DNA of 63,498 nucleotides, filler included, from Sphacelaria rigidula (taxonomy: Eukaryota): assembly GCA_964200075.2 (NCBI GenBank). It is 9 parts of 9 records of this genome, joined end to end, with 100 filler letters (N's around TTAATTAATTAA, not from the genome) between each part and the next. Parts side by side here need not be neighbours in the genome. Positions count along the whole stretch, not along the records: positions 21,202 to 28,168 come from CAXNAA020017160.1; positions 28,269 to 35,234 come from CAXNAA020017161.1; positions 35,335 to 42,300 come from CAXNAA020017162.1; 6 more parts are not named here. One strand, written 5' to 3'. Shown in pieces: positions 24,106 to 37,887 of the stretch; positions within the stretch are counted from its first letter, which is position 1, and each line of letters opens with the position of its first letter. The notes under the pieces are model-generated. The model was given only the letters and a program-made list of their open reading frames with translations, was not told where the DNA came from and did not search any database. The translations under genes and the position numbers were made by a program.

Positions 24106-25414
24106 GAAGAAAACCACCCCAAAAAAATATCAAATTTATTTCGGAGACCGAAAAGCTGACGATTTTAGACGAGAGTTCATGGATTTTTGTCCGAGAAAAA
24201 AGCCCAGGCAAAAATCGTCTCGACACACAACGCCGGATACCACCTACCTGTAATTTAGCTCCCTGTCATGTCTAGGACTCATCTAATGACGAACTACTTA
24301 TGGCCGCAGGGATGGCTGCGCAAGGACGATTGTATGGATGCTCTCTCTGAAGATACCGACTACAGTATGTGTAGCAGGTGCTTGCTATGGAGAGGTGTCA
24401 CCATATGATCTTACTGCTGCTGTCTATGCTGACTATCCAGACGACAATAGTGCAATGGTAATATTCCTGTATCGTACCTCTCATCAGGTGTTGCATGAGC
24501 ATAGTACAGTACGTATAGTAGTATTTACAACTTTAGTACTATTGTTGTCTGCTAAAAGCAGGTGCACGCTCATCACCCAAAATTGTGTCATAATCAGTAA
24601 ATGACTTTCGTCATACGTACCCAATGGTCGCATACATGGTTAGGGATGCGAATGGGGGGGGTGTTAGCCTCCGAATTCTGTCAGGCGGTTGTGACGACAT
24701 TTGATCGACCATGGACAACTCATTCTTGTTCCCTTTCTTCCATGTCGATACACATGATTAAAAGCTATATCATTAGAACGAGCAAATTTTGCGCTCAAGC
24801 GACCCCCCCCCCTGTCCAGGCGCCACACACATGTCCACACCCGTGACACGCATTGCAAGGTAACTTCCTTTCTTGTCAGCTCTTCTAGCGTTTACTTAAA
24901 CTCTGCAGAAAAAACAGTTTTTGCCGTCTGATGTGCCAAGCATAGGGTGTTCCCGGAAAGCGAGTTCATCACAATATGCATTGTGATTTGAAGCACACAA
25001 TGCAAAAAACAGCGCTCGAATCGCACTTGTGGTCGACGAGATTGTCTCTGATTTAGCCGGCCTATCGATGGACTCTCCCCAACAAACCATCGTCCCCGAC
25101 AAAAGCAAATAAAAAAACAACACGCAGACGAGACGGGAAGCAAGAAGGGAGGCGAGGTCTGCGCCGGAGTAACCTCTTTCGGTGCATAAAAGTATGTCCG
25201 TGTGTGATGCACCCCAATATAATATGAATAGCAAAACGCTGTCGCGTGTGTATCCAGCCGTGTACTGGAACAGACAACACCATAGTGACTGTCTTGTGCT
25301 CTTCTGTTTCTTGGTTATGCAGAGTCCACCTTTACCACCACAAGCGGCCTGCCGTATGTGCATCATCCCTGCGCTGCCATGAAGCTTCAGTGTTGTGTTG
25401 GCATATACTGAATT

Positions 25415-26330
25415 GATTGGCATGATTTAACTCGAAATATGAATAGGACCCAGATTGCCCACCGTTGAGGCCCGGGGGTTCACGTACATAGCTGGGGGCA
25501 GGACGAGTTCACACTCTCCAAAGGTTTCTTGTCATCTGATCCATGGTGATAGCCATAGATAATTGGAGCAATGGGAAGGAACGCACCGAGGGAGAGAGAT
25601 AAAATGCATGACTGGACTGCATTTTACTGCACTGCCCTGTGTTGTACTGTTGTGCCTTGTTGTTCGGCTTTGCCCATCTATATACAACCACCTTCAGGGC
25701 GAGTCATCTGCTGTGCATTGGCATAATTTTGACTCGAAAGATGGATGCAAGACCCGGATTACCCCCACCGTGAAGGGTCAAGGGTTCACTCCCAGATCTG
25801 AGGGCTGGACGAGTTCACGCTCTTCAAAGGTTTCTTGAAATTTGGTCCATGGTGATAGCCATAGATGATGGGAGTAACGGGGAGGAACGCAGGGGGGGCG
25901 GGAGAGAAGACAACACTCTCCTGAACTGGACTGTTCTACATCGTGCTGCATTGTCCTCTACTGTACTGAGCCTTGTTCGGCTTGTCCATCTCTATGCAAT
26001 CACCCCAGGGAGAGTATTCTGTTCCGCATTGGCATAATTTTGACTTGAAAGATGAATGCAAGACCCAGGTGACCCACCGTAGAGGCTCACAGGTTCAACA
26101 CTTTCCAAAGGTTTCGTGTAATCTGATCATCAATGGTGCCCATCGAGAAAGGAAAGGAAAGCAGCGGGGGGAGAGATGAGACAACACTGTACTGTACTGT
26201 ACTGTACTGTACTGTACTGTACTGTACTGTACCACACAGCTTTTGTACCGCATTGTACTACTCGTACTGATGTTGTACTTTCTGTTTTGATTCGGCGTTG
26301 TCTATAATCACCCCCAGGGTGGGCATCTGA
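25415..26330 (+). repeat. Three diverged ~305-bp tandem units, the last with a (CTGTA)n expansion at 26187-26232
   Basis: GGCAT(G/A)ATTT..ACT(C/T)GAAA.ATG.ATG.AAGACCC at ~25419, 25720 and 26030; CAAAGGTTTC..G..AT.TG.TC recurs. Confidence 0.8.
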
Positions 26331-26350
26331 ATCGGAAAATTTTCATTCAA

Positions 26351-26451
26351 CCCTTAGACCGCGGTGCGGGTAGTCCATGTGGAGCATGCATACTTTTTTC
26401 AACTGAACATTGATGCCGACTCAGCTGGTGCCTACCCTCGTGGTCAAAGGG
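26351..26451. mobile_element. ~100-bp piggyBac-like MITE
   Basis: TIRs CCCTTAGACCGCG / CGTGGTCAAAGGG, flanked by TCAA and TTGA (degenerate TTAA). Confidence 0.7.
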
Positions 26452-26816
26452 TTGAAAAATGAATAATTAGTACGCCCACGAGCAATGCACCTGCGGCAGT
26501 GTGTGTGATTTCCGCAGAAGGCCTTCCGGGGTTCTCTTGGAGCCGACCGGACGGATCCTTTGTTTCTCACTAGTTGCTTGATTTGTCCATCAGGAAGAGC
26601 CGGGACACTTCGGGGGGGAAATCTCCTATATGTTTTGTGAGCGATTCGCATCTCTAATGGTATCATACTGACCACCATGGACAACTGAAGAGGATGGCAT
26701 ACCTGTAATTTTGTCCACGGCCATAGCAATGGCGCCAAGGGCGAAAATTCACCTCCACCACTTGATGGCCCTCTGTTTGTTCTGAAATTAAAATGCGGAT
26801 TCTCAACCCAATTTTC

Positions 26817-27862
26817 CAAGGTTGTGTTTTGTGATGTACGGTTTTCGGTATACCCGGGGTATTTTTCCGGGTATGTACCGTACCCGACAGTTCTGTGACT
26901 TCTGTAATCTCTGTAAGACTTTCATACCCCTACCCGATAGTTCTGTAAGTCTTGTACAATACATTTACCCGAACCCCGAGGAGCGGGTATACCCGAAAAG
27001 AGTTACCCGATTGCCGGTACCGGTTCTCTGCAAGCCTCCCATATCGTACCCGACAAGTTCTGTAATCTCTGTAAGACTTTCATACCCTTACCCGATAGTT
27101 CTGTAAGTTCTGTACATAACATTTACCCGAACCCGAAGGGCGGGTATACCCGAAAAGAGTTACCCGTCTGCCGGTACCGGTTCTCTGTAAGCCCCCCGTA
27201 CCGTACCCGACAAGTTCTGTAAAGTCTGTAAGACTTTCATACCGGTACCCGACAGTTCTGTAAACTCTGTGAGACATCCATACCGGTACCCGACAGTTCT
27301 ATAAGCTCTGTAAGCTTCCTGTACCCTTACCCGGGGTTAGGGTATACCCTTGCAGATATACCCCGTTGCAGGTAGGAGCACAGGTATATACCCTCTGGAA
27401 GTATGGATATAGGTTCAATCAAAACATAACCTAATGGCCCGAACATGTACCTCCCAGCTCCTACCACCACACTGTGCCCTCTCATTCATTTCAGCACCCC
27501 AACCAAAAGATCCAAGGTTGTGTTTTGTGATGTACGGTTTTCTGTACACCCGGGGTATTTTTCCGGGTATGTATCGTACCCGACAGTTCTGTGACTTCTG
27601 TAATCTCTGTAATACTTTTATACCCTTACCCGATAGTTCTGTAAGTTCTGTGCAATACATTTACCCGAACCCCGAGGAGCGGGTATACCCGAAAAGAGTT
27701 ACCCGATTGCCGATACCGGTTCTCTGTAAGCCTCCCGTACCGTACCCGACAAGTTCTGTAAAGTCTGTAAGACTTTCATACCGGTACCCGACAGTTCTGT
27801 AAACTCTGTACGGAATCCCATGCCCTACAAAACGTACCCGTACCTTACAGAACACAACCTTG
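26817..27862. mobile_element. Non-autonomous hAT-type element with subterminal repeats and an internally duplicated left end
   Basis: TIRs CAAGGTTGTGTT(T/C)TGT / ACAGAACACAACCTTG. Perfect 8-bp TSD CAATTTTC (26809-26816, 27863-27870). Repeated TACCCGA(C/T)AGTTCTGTAA motifs. Second left end at 27514. Confidence 0.9.
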
Positions 27863-28332
27863 CAATTTTCCCTCAACCTCCACACACTTCGAATAGTTAT
27901 AAGCGCCATCAGCTCAGGAATCTAACGAAAAAACAGATAAAAGAAACGCTTCCTGTGGGATCAAATTATACCCCAAAACGTGATATTTGGGTAAAGTGAG
28001 TCTTTGGCGTCATCGGATTTCCCCTGATATACACCGAGGATTCATGAAGCCTCCAGACGGTTTCCCTTATATCTGCCGTTGAAAGGCTGAGATCACCCTC
28101 AAACTTGGCAGTTCGATGGCCGTTGGTGCCCCCAGGCACGACACAATTTTTTTCAGAAGCCTATATTCNNNNNNNNNNNNNNNNNNNNNNNNNNNNNNNN
28201 NNNNNNNNNNNNTTAATTAATTAANNNNNNNNNNNNNNNNNNNNNNNNNNNNNNNNNNNNNNNNNNNNGGGCACTGTTTTGGGCTTGAGCCTCATCTCGA
28301 AGTTAAACCTCAATTCGCACAATTTGTTGTTT

Positions 28333-31300
28333 AGTGGTGGTCACACAAGATATGGTCTCAAAACGTACGTATTCCGGAAGCTGACACTCAGCCTCAAAGT
28401 CACATCTTCGGAATCCTGAATAGAAAAACCGAGCACCAACGACCTGACCGCCGAGGACCCGGTGGCCGAACACGTGAAGACAAGAGCGAACAAGCGAACA
28501 CGCGAACACGAGAACACGCGAGCACGCGAACACGCGAACACGCGAAGAGGTTTACGGCATTTCATACCAGATCCGTGTTGTACTCGTGGCCGTGCCATGA
28601 GGTAACAAACAACTATGGTTTGAATCCAATAAATACATAGTGGTGGTCACACAAGATATGGTCTCAAAACGTACGTATTCCTGAAGCTGACAATCAGCCT
28701 CAAAGTCACATCTTCGGAATCCTGAATAGAGAAACCGAGCACCGACGACCTGACCGCCTAGGACCCGGTGGCCGAACACGTGAAGACAAGAGCGAACAAG
28801 CGAACACGCGAACACGCGAACACGCGAACACGCGAACATGCGAACACGCGAAGAGGTTTACGTCATCTCAAACCGGATCCGTGTTGTGGTCGTGGCCATG
28901 CCATGAGGTAACAAACAACTATGGTTTGAATCCAATGAATACATAGTGGTGGTAACACAAGGTATGGTCTCAAAACGTACGTATTCCTGAAGCTGAAACT
29001 CAGCCTCAGGGTCACATCTTCGACAATCCAAGAAAGAGAAACCGAGCACCGACGATCTGACCACCGAGGACCGAATGGCTGAACACGTGAAGACACAACC
29101 GAAAAAACGAACACGCGATCAAGTAAGACGCGATCACGCGAGCACGCGAACAAGCCAACACGCGAACAAGCCAACACGCGAACACACGAACACCTGAAGA
29201 CACAAGCGAAGACGCGAAGACGCGAACAAGCGAACACGCGAGCACGTGGAGACACAAGCGAAGACGCGAAAAAGCCAACACGCGAACACGCGAATACGCG
29301 ACCACGCGAACATGCGAACACGCGAACACGAGAACACGCGAAGACGTCTTTGTCATTTCAAACCGGATCTAGTTGTGCTCGTGGCCATGCCATGAGGTAA
29401 CAAACAACGATGGTTTGAATCCAATGAATACATAGTGGTGGTAACACAAGGTATGGTCTCTAAGCGTACGTATTCCTGAAGCTGAAACTCAGCCTCAGGG
29501 TCACATCTTCGACAATCCAAGAAAGAGAAACCGAGCACCGACGACCTGACCGCATAGGACCGAATGGCCGAACACGTGAAGACACAACCGAAAAAACGAA
29601 CACGCGAACAAGCCAACACGCGATCAAGCCAACACGCGAACACACGAACACCTGAAGACACAAGCGAAGACGCGAAGACGCGAACAAGCCAAGACGCAAG
29701 CACGTGAAGACACAAGCCAAGACGCGAACAAGCCAACACGCGAACAAGCGAACAAGCAAAGACGCGAAGACGCGAAGATGCGAACACCAGAACACGCGAA
29801 CACGTAAGACGCCAGCTCGCGAAGAGGTCTTTGTCATTTCATACCGGATCCGTGTTGTGGTCGTGGCCATGCTATGAGGTGACAAACAACTATGGTTTGA
29901 ATGAAATAATTATTCAGTGATGGTAACACAACACATGGTCTGCAAACGTTTTCCTGGAGCTGAAACTCAGCCTCAGGGTCACATCTTCGAGAATCCCGAA
30001 TAAGAGAAACCGAGCACCGGCGACCTGACCGCGAAGGACCCGGTGGCCGAACATGTGAAGACACAAGCGAACACGCGAACAAGCGAACACGCGAACACGT
30101 AAGACGCGAACAAGCGAACGAGCCAACACGCGAACACACGAACACGTAAAGACACAGGCGAATCCGCGAACACGCTAACACGCGACCACGCGATCACGTA
30201 GGACGAGAAGACGCGAACAAGCGATCAAGCGAACACGCGAACACACGAACAAGTGAAGACACAGAAGAAGACGCGAACACGTGAACACGTGAAGTCAAAA
30301 GCGAACACGCGAACAAGCGAAGACGCGAAGACGCGGACACGCGGACACGCGGACACGCGAGCACGCGAGCACACGAACAAGTGAAGACACAGAAGAAGAC
30401 GCGAACACGTGAAGTCAAAAGCGAAGACGCGAAGACGCGGACACGCGAACACGCGGACACACGAACACGCGAACACGCGAAGACACGAACACGAGAACAC
30501 GAGAACACGCCAACACGAGAACACGCCAACACGCCAAGAGGTTCTTTGTCATTTCATACCAGATCCGTGTTGTGCTCGTGGCCATGCCATGAGGTAACAA
30601 ACAACTACGGTTTGAATGCAATAACGTTTCAGCGGTGGTAACACAACATATGGTCTGCAAACGTATTCCTGGAGCTGAAACTCAGCCTCAGGGTCAAATC
30701 TTTGAGAATCCTGAAAAAATAAACCGAGCACCGGCGACCTGACCGCCGAGGATCCGGTGGCCGAACGCGTGAAGACACAAGCGAAGACGCGAACAAGCGA
30801 ACACGCAAGACGCGAAGACGCGAACAAGCGAAAACCCCAACACGCGAACACACGAACACGTGAAGACACAAGCGAACACGCGAACACGCTGACACGTGAA
30901 CACGTGAACAAGCGAACAAGCCAACAAGCCAACAAGCCAACACGTGAACATACGAACACGTGAAGACACAAGCGAACAAGCGAACAAACTAACACGCAAA
31001 CACCCGAACACGTAAGACGCAAACACGCGAACACGCTAACACGCTAACACGTAAGACGCGAACAAGCGAACAAGCGAACAAGCAAACAAGCGAACACACC
31101 AAAACGCGAATACGCGAACACGCGAACACGTGAAGACACAAGCGAACACACGAACAAGCGAAGACGCGAAGAAGCCGACACGCGAACACGCGAACATGTA
31201 AGACGCGAACACGCGAACACGCGAAGAGGTTCTTTGTCATTTCATACAGGATATGTGTTGTGCTCGTGGCCATGCTATAAGGTAACAAACAACTATGGTT

Positions 31301-34300
31301 TGAATCCATCAATACTCAGTGGTGGTAACACAAGTTATGGTCTGAAAAAGTATCCTTGAAGCTGGAACTCAGCCCCAGGGTCAAATCTTTGAGAATCCTA
31401 AAAAGAAAAACCGAGCACCGGCGACCTGACCGCCGAGGACCCGGTGGCCGAACGCGTGAAGACACAAGCGAAGACGCGAACAAGCGAAAAACCCAACACG
31501 CGAGCACACGAACACATAAAGACACAAGCGAACACGCGAACACGTAAGACGCGAACAAGCGAACAAGGGAACAAGCGAACAAGCCAACACGTGAACATAC
31601 GAACACGTGAACACACAAGCGAACAAGCGAACGAGCGAACAAATCAACACGAGAACACGAGAACCCGCGAACACGCTAACACGCGAACACGTAAGACGCG
31701 AACACGTAAGACGCGAACAAGCGAACGAGCGAACACACCAAAACGCGAATACGCGAACACGCGAACACGTGAAGACACAAGCTAAGACGCGAAGAAGCCA
31801 ACACGCGAACACGCGAACATGTAAGACGCGAACACGCGAAGAAGCCAACACGCGAACACACGAACAAGTGAAAACACAAGCGAACACGCCAACACGCGAA
31901 CAAGCGAAGACGAGAACAAACGAAGACGCATCAAGCGAACACGATAACACGCAAACACACGAACAAGGCGATACGTGACCACGCAAACGAGCGAACAAGC
32001 CAATACGCCAACACGCGAACACGTGAAGACACAAGCGAACCCGCAAACAAGCGAACCCGCCAACCCGCCAACACGCCAACACGCCAACAATCCATCAATA
32101 CTCAGTGGTAACACAAGTTATGGTCTGAAAACGTATCCCTGAAGCTAAAACTCAGCCTCAGGGTCACTTCTCCGACATTCCAAAAAAAAGCAACCGAGCA
32201 CGGACGACCTGACCGCCGTGGATCCGGTGACCGAACACGTGAAGACGAGAGCGACCACGCGACCACGAAAACAAGCGAACAAGCGAACAAGCGAACAAGC
32301 GAACAAGCGAACACGTGAACAAGCGAACACGCCAACACGAGAACACGCGAACACGCGAACACGCGAAGAGGTCTTTGTCATTTTATACCGGCTCCGTGTT
32401 GGGGCCGTGGCCATGCCACGAGGTAACGAACAACTATGGTTTGAATACAATATTTATTCAGTGGTGGTAACACAAGATATAGTCTAGTAACGTAATCCTG
32501 AAGGTGAAACTCACGAACAAGCGAACACGTGAAGACACAAGCGAACACACGAACAAGCGAACCTGCGAACAAACGAACCCGCCAACACGCCAACACGCCA
32601 ACACGCCAACACGCGAAGACGTCTTTGTCATTTCATACCGGATATGTGTTGTGCTCGTGGCCATGCTATGAGGTAACAAACAACTATGGTTTGAATCCAT
32701 CAATACTCAGTGGTGGTAACACAAGTTATGGTCTGAAAATGTATCCTTGAAGCTGGAACTCAGCCCCAGGGTCAAATCTTTGAGAATTCTAAAAAGAAAA
32801 ACCGAGCACCGGCGACCTGACCGCCGAGGACCCGGTGGCCGAACGCGTGAAGACACAAGCGAAGACGCGAATAAGCGAAAAACCCAACACGCGAGCACAC
32901 GAACACATGAAGACACAAGCGAAAAACCCAACACGGGAACACACGAACACGTGAAGACACAAGCGAACACGCGAACACGCTGACACGTGAACACGCGAAC
33001 ACGTAAGACGCGAACAAGCCAACAAGCCAACAAGCCAACAAGCCAACACGTGAACATACGAACACGTGAACACACAAGCGAACAAGCGAACAAATCAACA
33101 CGCGAACACGAGAACCCGCGAACACGCTAACACGCTAACACACGAACACGTAAGACGCGAACAAGCGAACAAGCGAACAAGCGAACAAGCGAACAAGCGA
33201 ACGAGCGAACACACCAAAACGCGAATACGCGAACACGCGAACACGTGAAGACACAAGCGAAGACGCGAACAAGCGAAGACGCGAACAGGCCAACACGCGA
33301 ACACGCGAACATGTAAGACGCGAACACGCGAACACGCGAACACGCCAACATGCGAACACACGAACAAGTGAAGACACAAGCGAACACGCCAACACGCGAA
33401 CAAGCGAAGACGTGAAGACAAGAGCGAAGACGAGAACAAAAGAAGACGCATCAAGCGAACAAGGCGATACGCGAACATGCAAACAAGCCAACAAGCCAAT
33501 ACGCCAACACGCGAACACGTGAAGACACAAGCCGAGACGCGAACAAGCGAACCCGCGAACAAGCGAACACGCCAACACGCCAACACGCCAACACGCCAAC
33601 ACGCCAACACGCGAGAAGGTCTTTGTCATTTCATACAGGATCCGTGTTGTGCTCGTGGCCATGCTATGAGGTAACAAACAACTATGGTTTGAATCCATCA
33701 ATACTCAGTGGTGGTAACACAAGTTATGGTCTGAAAACGTATCCCTGAAGCTAAAACTCAGCCTCAGGGTCACTTCTCCGACATTCCAAAAAAAAGAAAC
33801 CGAGCACCGACGACCTGACCGCCGTGGATCCGGTGACCGAACACGTGAAGACGAGAGCGACCACTCGACCACGAAAACAAGCGAACAAGCGAACAAGCGA
33901 ACAAGCGAACAAGCGAACAAGCGAACAAGCGAACACGCGAACACGCGAACACGCGAACACGCGAACACGCGAAGAGGTCTTTGTCATTTTATACCGGCTC
34001 CGTGTTGGGGCCGTGGCCATGCCACGAGGTAACGAATAACTATGGTTTGAATACAATATTTATTCAGTGGTGGTAACACAAGATATGGTATGGAAACGTA
34101 ATCCTGAAGGTGAAACTCAGCCTCAGGGTCAATCCTCGGGAATCCTGAATGAAAAAACCGAGCACCGACGACCAGAACGCCGAGGACCCGGTGGCCGAAC
34201 ACGTGAAGACATACGCGAACACGCGAAGACGCGAACACGCGAAGAAGCCAACACGCGAACACACGAACAAGTGAAGACACAAGCGAACCCGCGAACACGC

Positions 34301-35234
34301 TAACACGCAAACGCCCGAACACGTAAGACGCAAACACGCGAACAAGCGAACACCCCAACACGCGAACACACAAACACGTGAAGACACAAGCGAACCCGCG
34401 AACACGCCAACACGCCAACACGCGAACAAGCCAATACGCGAACACACGAACAAGCGCAAACACAAGCGAAGACGCGAACACGTCACACGCGAACAAGCGA
34501 ACACGCGAACACGCGAACACGCATACACGCGAAGACGTCGCTGTCATTTCATACCGGATTCGGGTTGTGCTCGTGGCCATGCTATGGGGTTACAAACAAC
34601 TATGGTTTGAATACAATGAATAGTCATTGGTGGTAACACAAGAAATGGTCTACAACCGTATTCCTGAAGGTGAAACTCAGCCTCAGGGTCAGTCTTCGGG
34701 AATCCTAAATGGAGAACCCGAGCACCGACGACCAGACCGCCGAGGACCCGGTGGCCAAACACGTGAAGACACACGCGAACACGCGAACACGCGAATACGC
34801 GAACACGCGAAGAAGCCAACACGCGAACACACGAACAAGTGAAGACACAAGCGAACCCGCGAACACGCCAACACGCCAACACCCGAACACGTAAGACGCA
34901 AACACGCGAACAAGCGAACACGCCAACACGCGAACACACAAACACGTGAAGACAAGAGCGAAGACGAGAACAAAAGAAGACGCATCAAGCGAACACGCGA
35001 ACAAGGCGATACGCGAACACGCGAACGAGCGAACGAGCCAATACGCCAACACGCGAACACGTGAAGACACAAGCCGAGACGCGAACAAGCGAACCCGCGA
35101 ACAAGCGAACACGCCAACACGCCAACACGCCAACACGCCAACACGCGAGAAGGTCTTTGTCATTTCATACAGGATCCGTGTTGTGCTCGTGGCCATGCTA
35201 TGAGGTAACAAACAACTATGGTTTGAATCCATCA
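28333..35234. repeat. Macrosatellite: conserved ~235-bp block alternating with variable octamer (CGAACACG/CGAACAAG/CGAAGACG/CCAACACG) arrays
   Basis: Blocks start at about 28557, 28862, 29352, 29833, 30548, 31236, 32377, 32627, 33624, 33983, 34543 and 35159, with partial blocks at 28333 and 32090. Unit length is ~250-1000 bp. Confidence 0.95.
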
Positions 35235-35640
35235 NNNNNNNNNNNNNNNNNNNNNNNNNNNNNNNNNNNNNNNNNNNNTTAATTAATTAANNNNNNNNNN
35301 NNNNNNNNNNNNNNNNNNNNNNNNNNNNNNNNNNGTGAATTGATAGAAAAAAAAATGTAGAAAAAGAAGAAAAAGGAAAGAGGGAGAGAAAAAAAAAAAA
35401 GGGGGGGGGGGGGTATTTTTCATGGCTAAACGCGGTGAAATGTCTTTGCTAGCAAGCACCACGTGGCTGCTGCAAATCATCATGGGCTTCCTACGATACC
35501 GAAAACAAATCCAAACAAAACAGACACATATGAGAGACGGGAGACAGAAAGAGACAGACAGAGAAACGCGGAGAAAATATATAGGAAAAAGGCAACGGGA
35601 ACCCATATCCCGTGGTTCGCTCTGCCCCCCCCCCCCCCCC

Positions 35641-35841
35641 CGGATCAGAACGCTTCGGGCCGAACACTCATAGCAGGATGCAGCTCCCCCTTCACGCGAC
35701 TCACCGAACACATCAGGGCGCTTCGCGCTTGGTGATTGATTGCGAGCCTGGTCCGACGAAAACCTGGCGTGCCTCGTCCCGGCTTCGCAGGGATGCGAGG
35801 TCAAGGGTCATATGACTACGACATACAACATCATGAGTACA
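35641..35841 (+). mobile_element. ~200-bp copy of the poly-C-associated element
   Basis: Homologous to 50138-50328. Ends ...CATGAGTACA. CCCCCCGG flanks both sides. Confidence 0.8.
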
Positions 35842-37124
35842 CTATCCCCCCGGTCCGGCACTACATGGATATTTGTTGGCTGACCTGATCTTGTCCTACC
35901 TCGATTCTATGGGGGCGTGGGTGTGGAAGTGGTTCGCGCGCAACTCTCCATGGTTAGGACAAATCAAGATTTATACGAGTTTACTCCTCATGACATGGCA
36001 GGAGTCAGCCTGGATTCAACTGTTCATCCCGCATGCATCCGACGGTGAACAGCATATGCAGTACAGCCATCTCAACCGCATACAGATTGGGAGAAAAGTA
36101 CGACTGATGCAAGGCCCATGTCATAAGAGGATTCAACAATGTGCCGACTCTTCGTCCCGCATGACTCATACGCATGGCATAGATGTAGATGCCATTCACG
36201 CCTCATGGCAAGTGTGGGTGGCATGTACAATCGGTTCATTCCGCATTTTTTACAGGGGATTAGTATGTGTCCATGATACACCCCCGATGACCTGAAGGCA
36301 GGAAACAGGTACCGTTGGCGGTGTACTGCACGACATAAGAGCTCAAAAACTCTATGAAATACAAATGATGTACGAACCGCATGATTTATTCGTTGAAAAG
36401 AGTTACGTGGGTTGAATCACGACTTCATTCGTCCTAACCGTGCAACTCTCGCATCTTCTTCTAGCTAGGGTTCATGTCGGTGCGGTTTCTCTGACTCGCG
36501 GTCTGCTCTTCATCAATCAATCACAGCAGTGTCCTCTGAGTTCAAGTGCCGTCACTCTTTTCATTGCTAGAGTCAACTTCGGTTTAGAGAGCTAAACGAC
36601 TCTGGCGGCTTGATTGCTCGGATTTCGAGTACCCCGCCCCCCTTTTTCGGACTGAAGCACATTATGGAGAGGCGGCCATTTTCGAGAGATATGGACTCTC
36701 TTGCGAAAGGCCACCATTTTGTTTCTTTTTTGTGTTTCGAGGATTTTCCTTTGGTTACCTCATGGCGAATTAACAACGTGAAAAAAACAGCTCGCTGAAG
36801 AAGACCCCCAAACAGGTGAGCATATATATACACACATGAAATTTGAAAAAAATAACTGGCAACAGCAGCATTCGCACTACAAACATCCGCAGTCATACCG
36901 TATGTGATTAAAAAAATCATTCTATGTTTCTTCGAAGTATCATGTGACTCACAAAAAACAATCGTTGCTTGAAATGTTGCTCGAACGCTGATTTTTTCAA
37001 GCGTCTACCGTATTTCCCTCCGGGGAGCACATGGTTTACACAGGCAGATGAGACAGCCGCTCTATTTCGATACAACGGCAGTATGCCCCCCTCATCCCCC
37101 TCTGGGCCCCTTGACATCAGGTAC

Positions 37125-37842
37125 CTGTGCGCCTCGTCGATGATGAGATAACGCCACGCGATCGTTTGTAGCGCTCTTTTTTCCAGATTAGCCACCTCGT
37201 ACGTCGTGACGAGCTGTGTGTGTCGGAATCCACACCCGCATCCGCATCCGCACCCCGTATCCGTATTCGTATCCGTACACGGTTCGTATCCGTATCCACG
37301 TCCGTATCCATGTCCATGTCCGCAACCATGTTCATATCCGTATCCGCGCGCGTATCCGCATCCGTACCGGTTTCCGTTTTTTTTGTGTGTTTTTGTTTTT
37401 CCATTGTATAGGTGAGTTCGACCCGCATGGAGGAGACGACAGACGAAGGGGGCCAACAGCAGAGTAGCATGCATGAAAAAATTACCCGCAAAGTGTCACG
37501 CCTGACTTCCGCCGCAGTTGCAAGCTAGCCAAGCAGCGGAGGTAAGAGGAGCGGCAACAGCAACATCATTACAACGACGGCGACCACTACCATCACTATA
37601 ACCACCACCAACATGGATGCGACAACAACAATAAGATCGATTACGACGATGACTACAATAGAAGGGATTTTGACAACCGGCATCAAACCAGATAAGAACA
37701 AGAACAGCAAAAAAAGCATCACGATCACCACCACCGCCACAAACACCCACCAAAATGGATGATGACGAGATCGGCATGATGGACTACGATGAAAACGTGG
37801 CGGATAGTGATAAACGACAATGACAAACTGTAAAATGAAGGT

Positions 37843-37887
<45 letters not shown>

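Noticed and set aside
28980..29012. Hammerhead ribozyme in the satellite block (CTGAAG...GAAAC)
   Set aside because: It lacks the CUGAnGA core with stem II before GAAA. Only a simple hairpin is supported.
28303..35282. Dozens of overlapping ORFs (FACSRVRV..., ANTRTREH...)
   Set aside because: They arise from the stop-poor octamer repeats. No frame is conserved across units.
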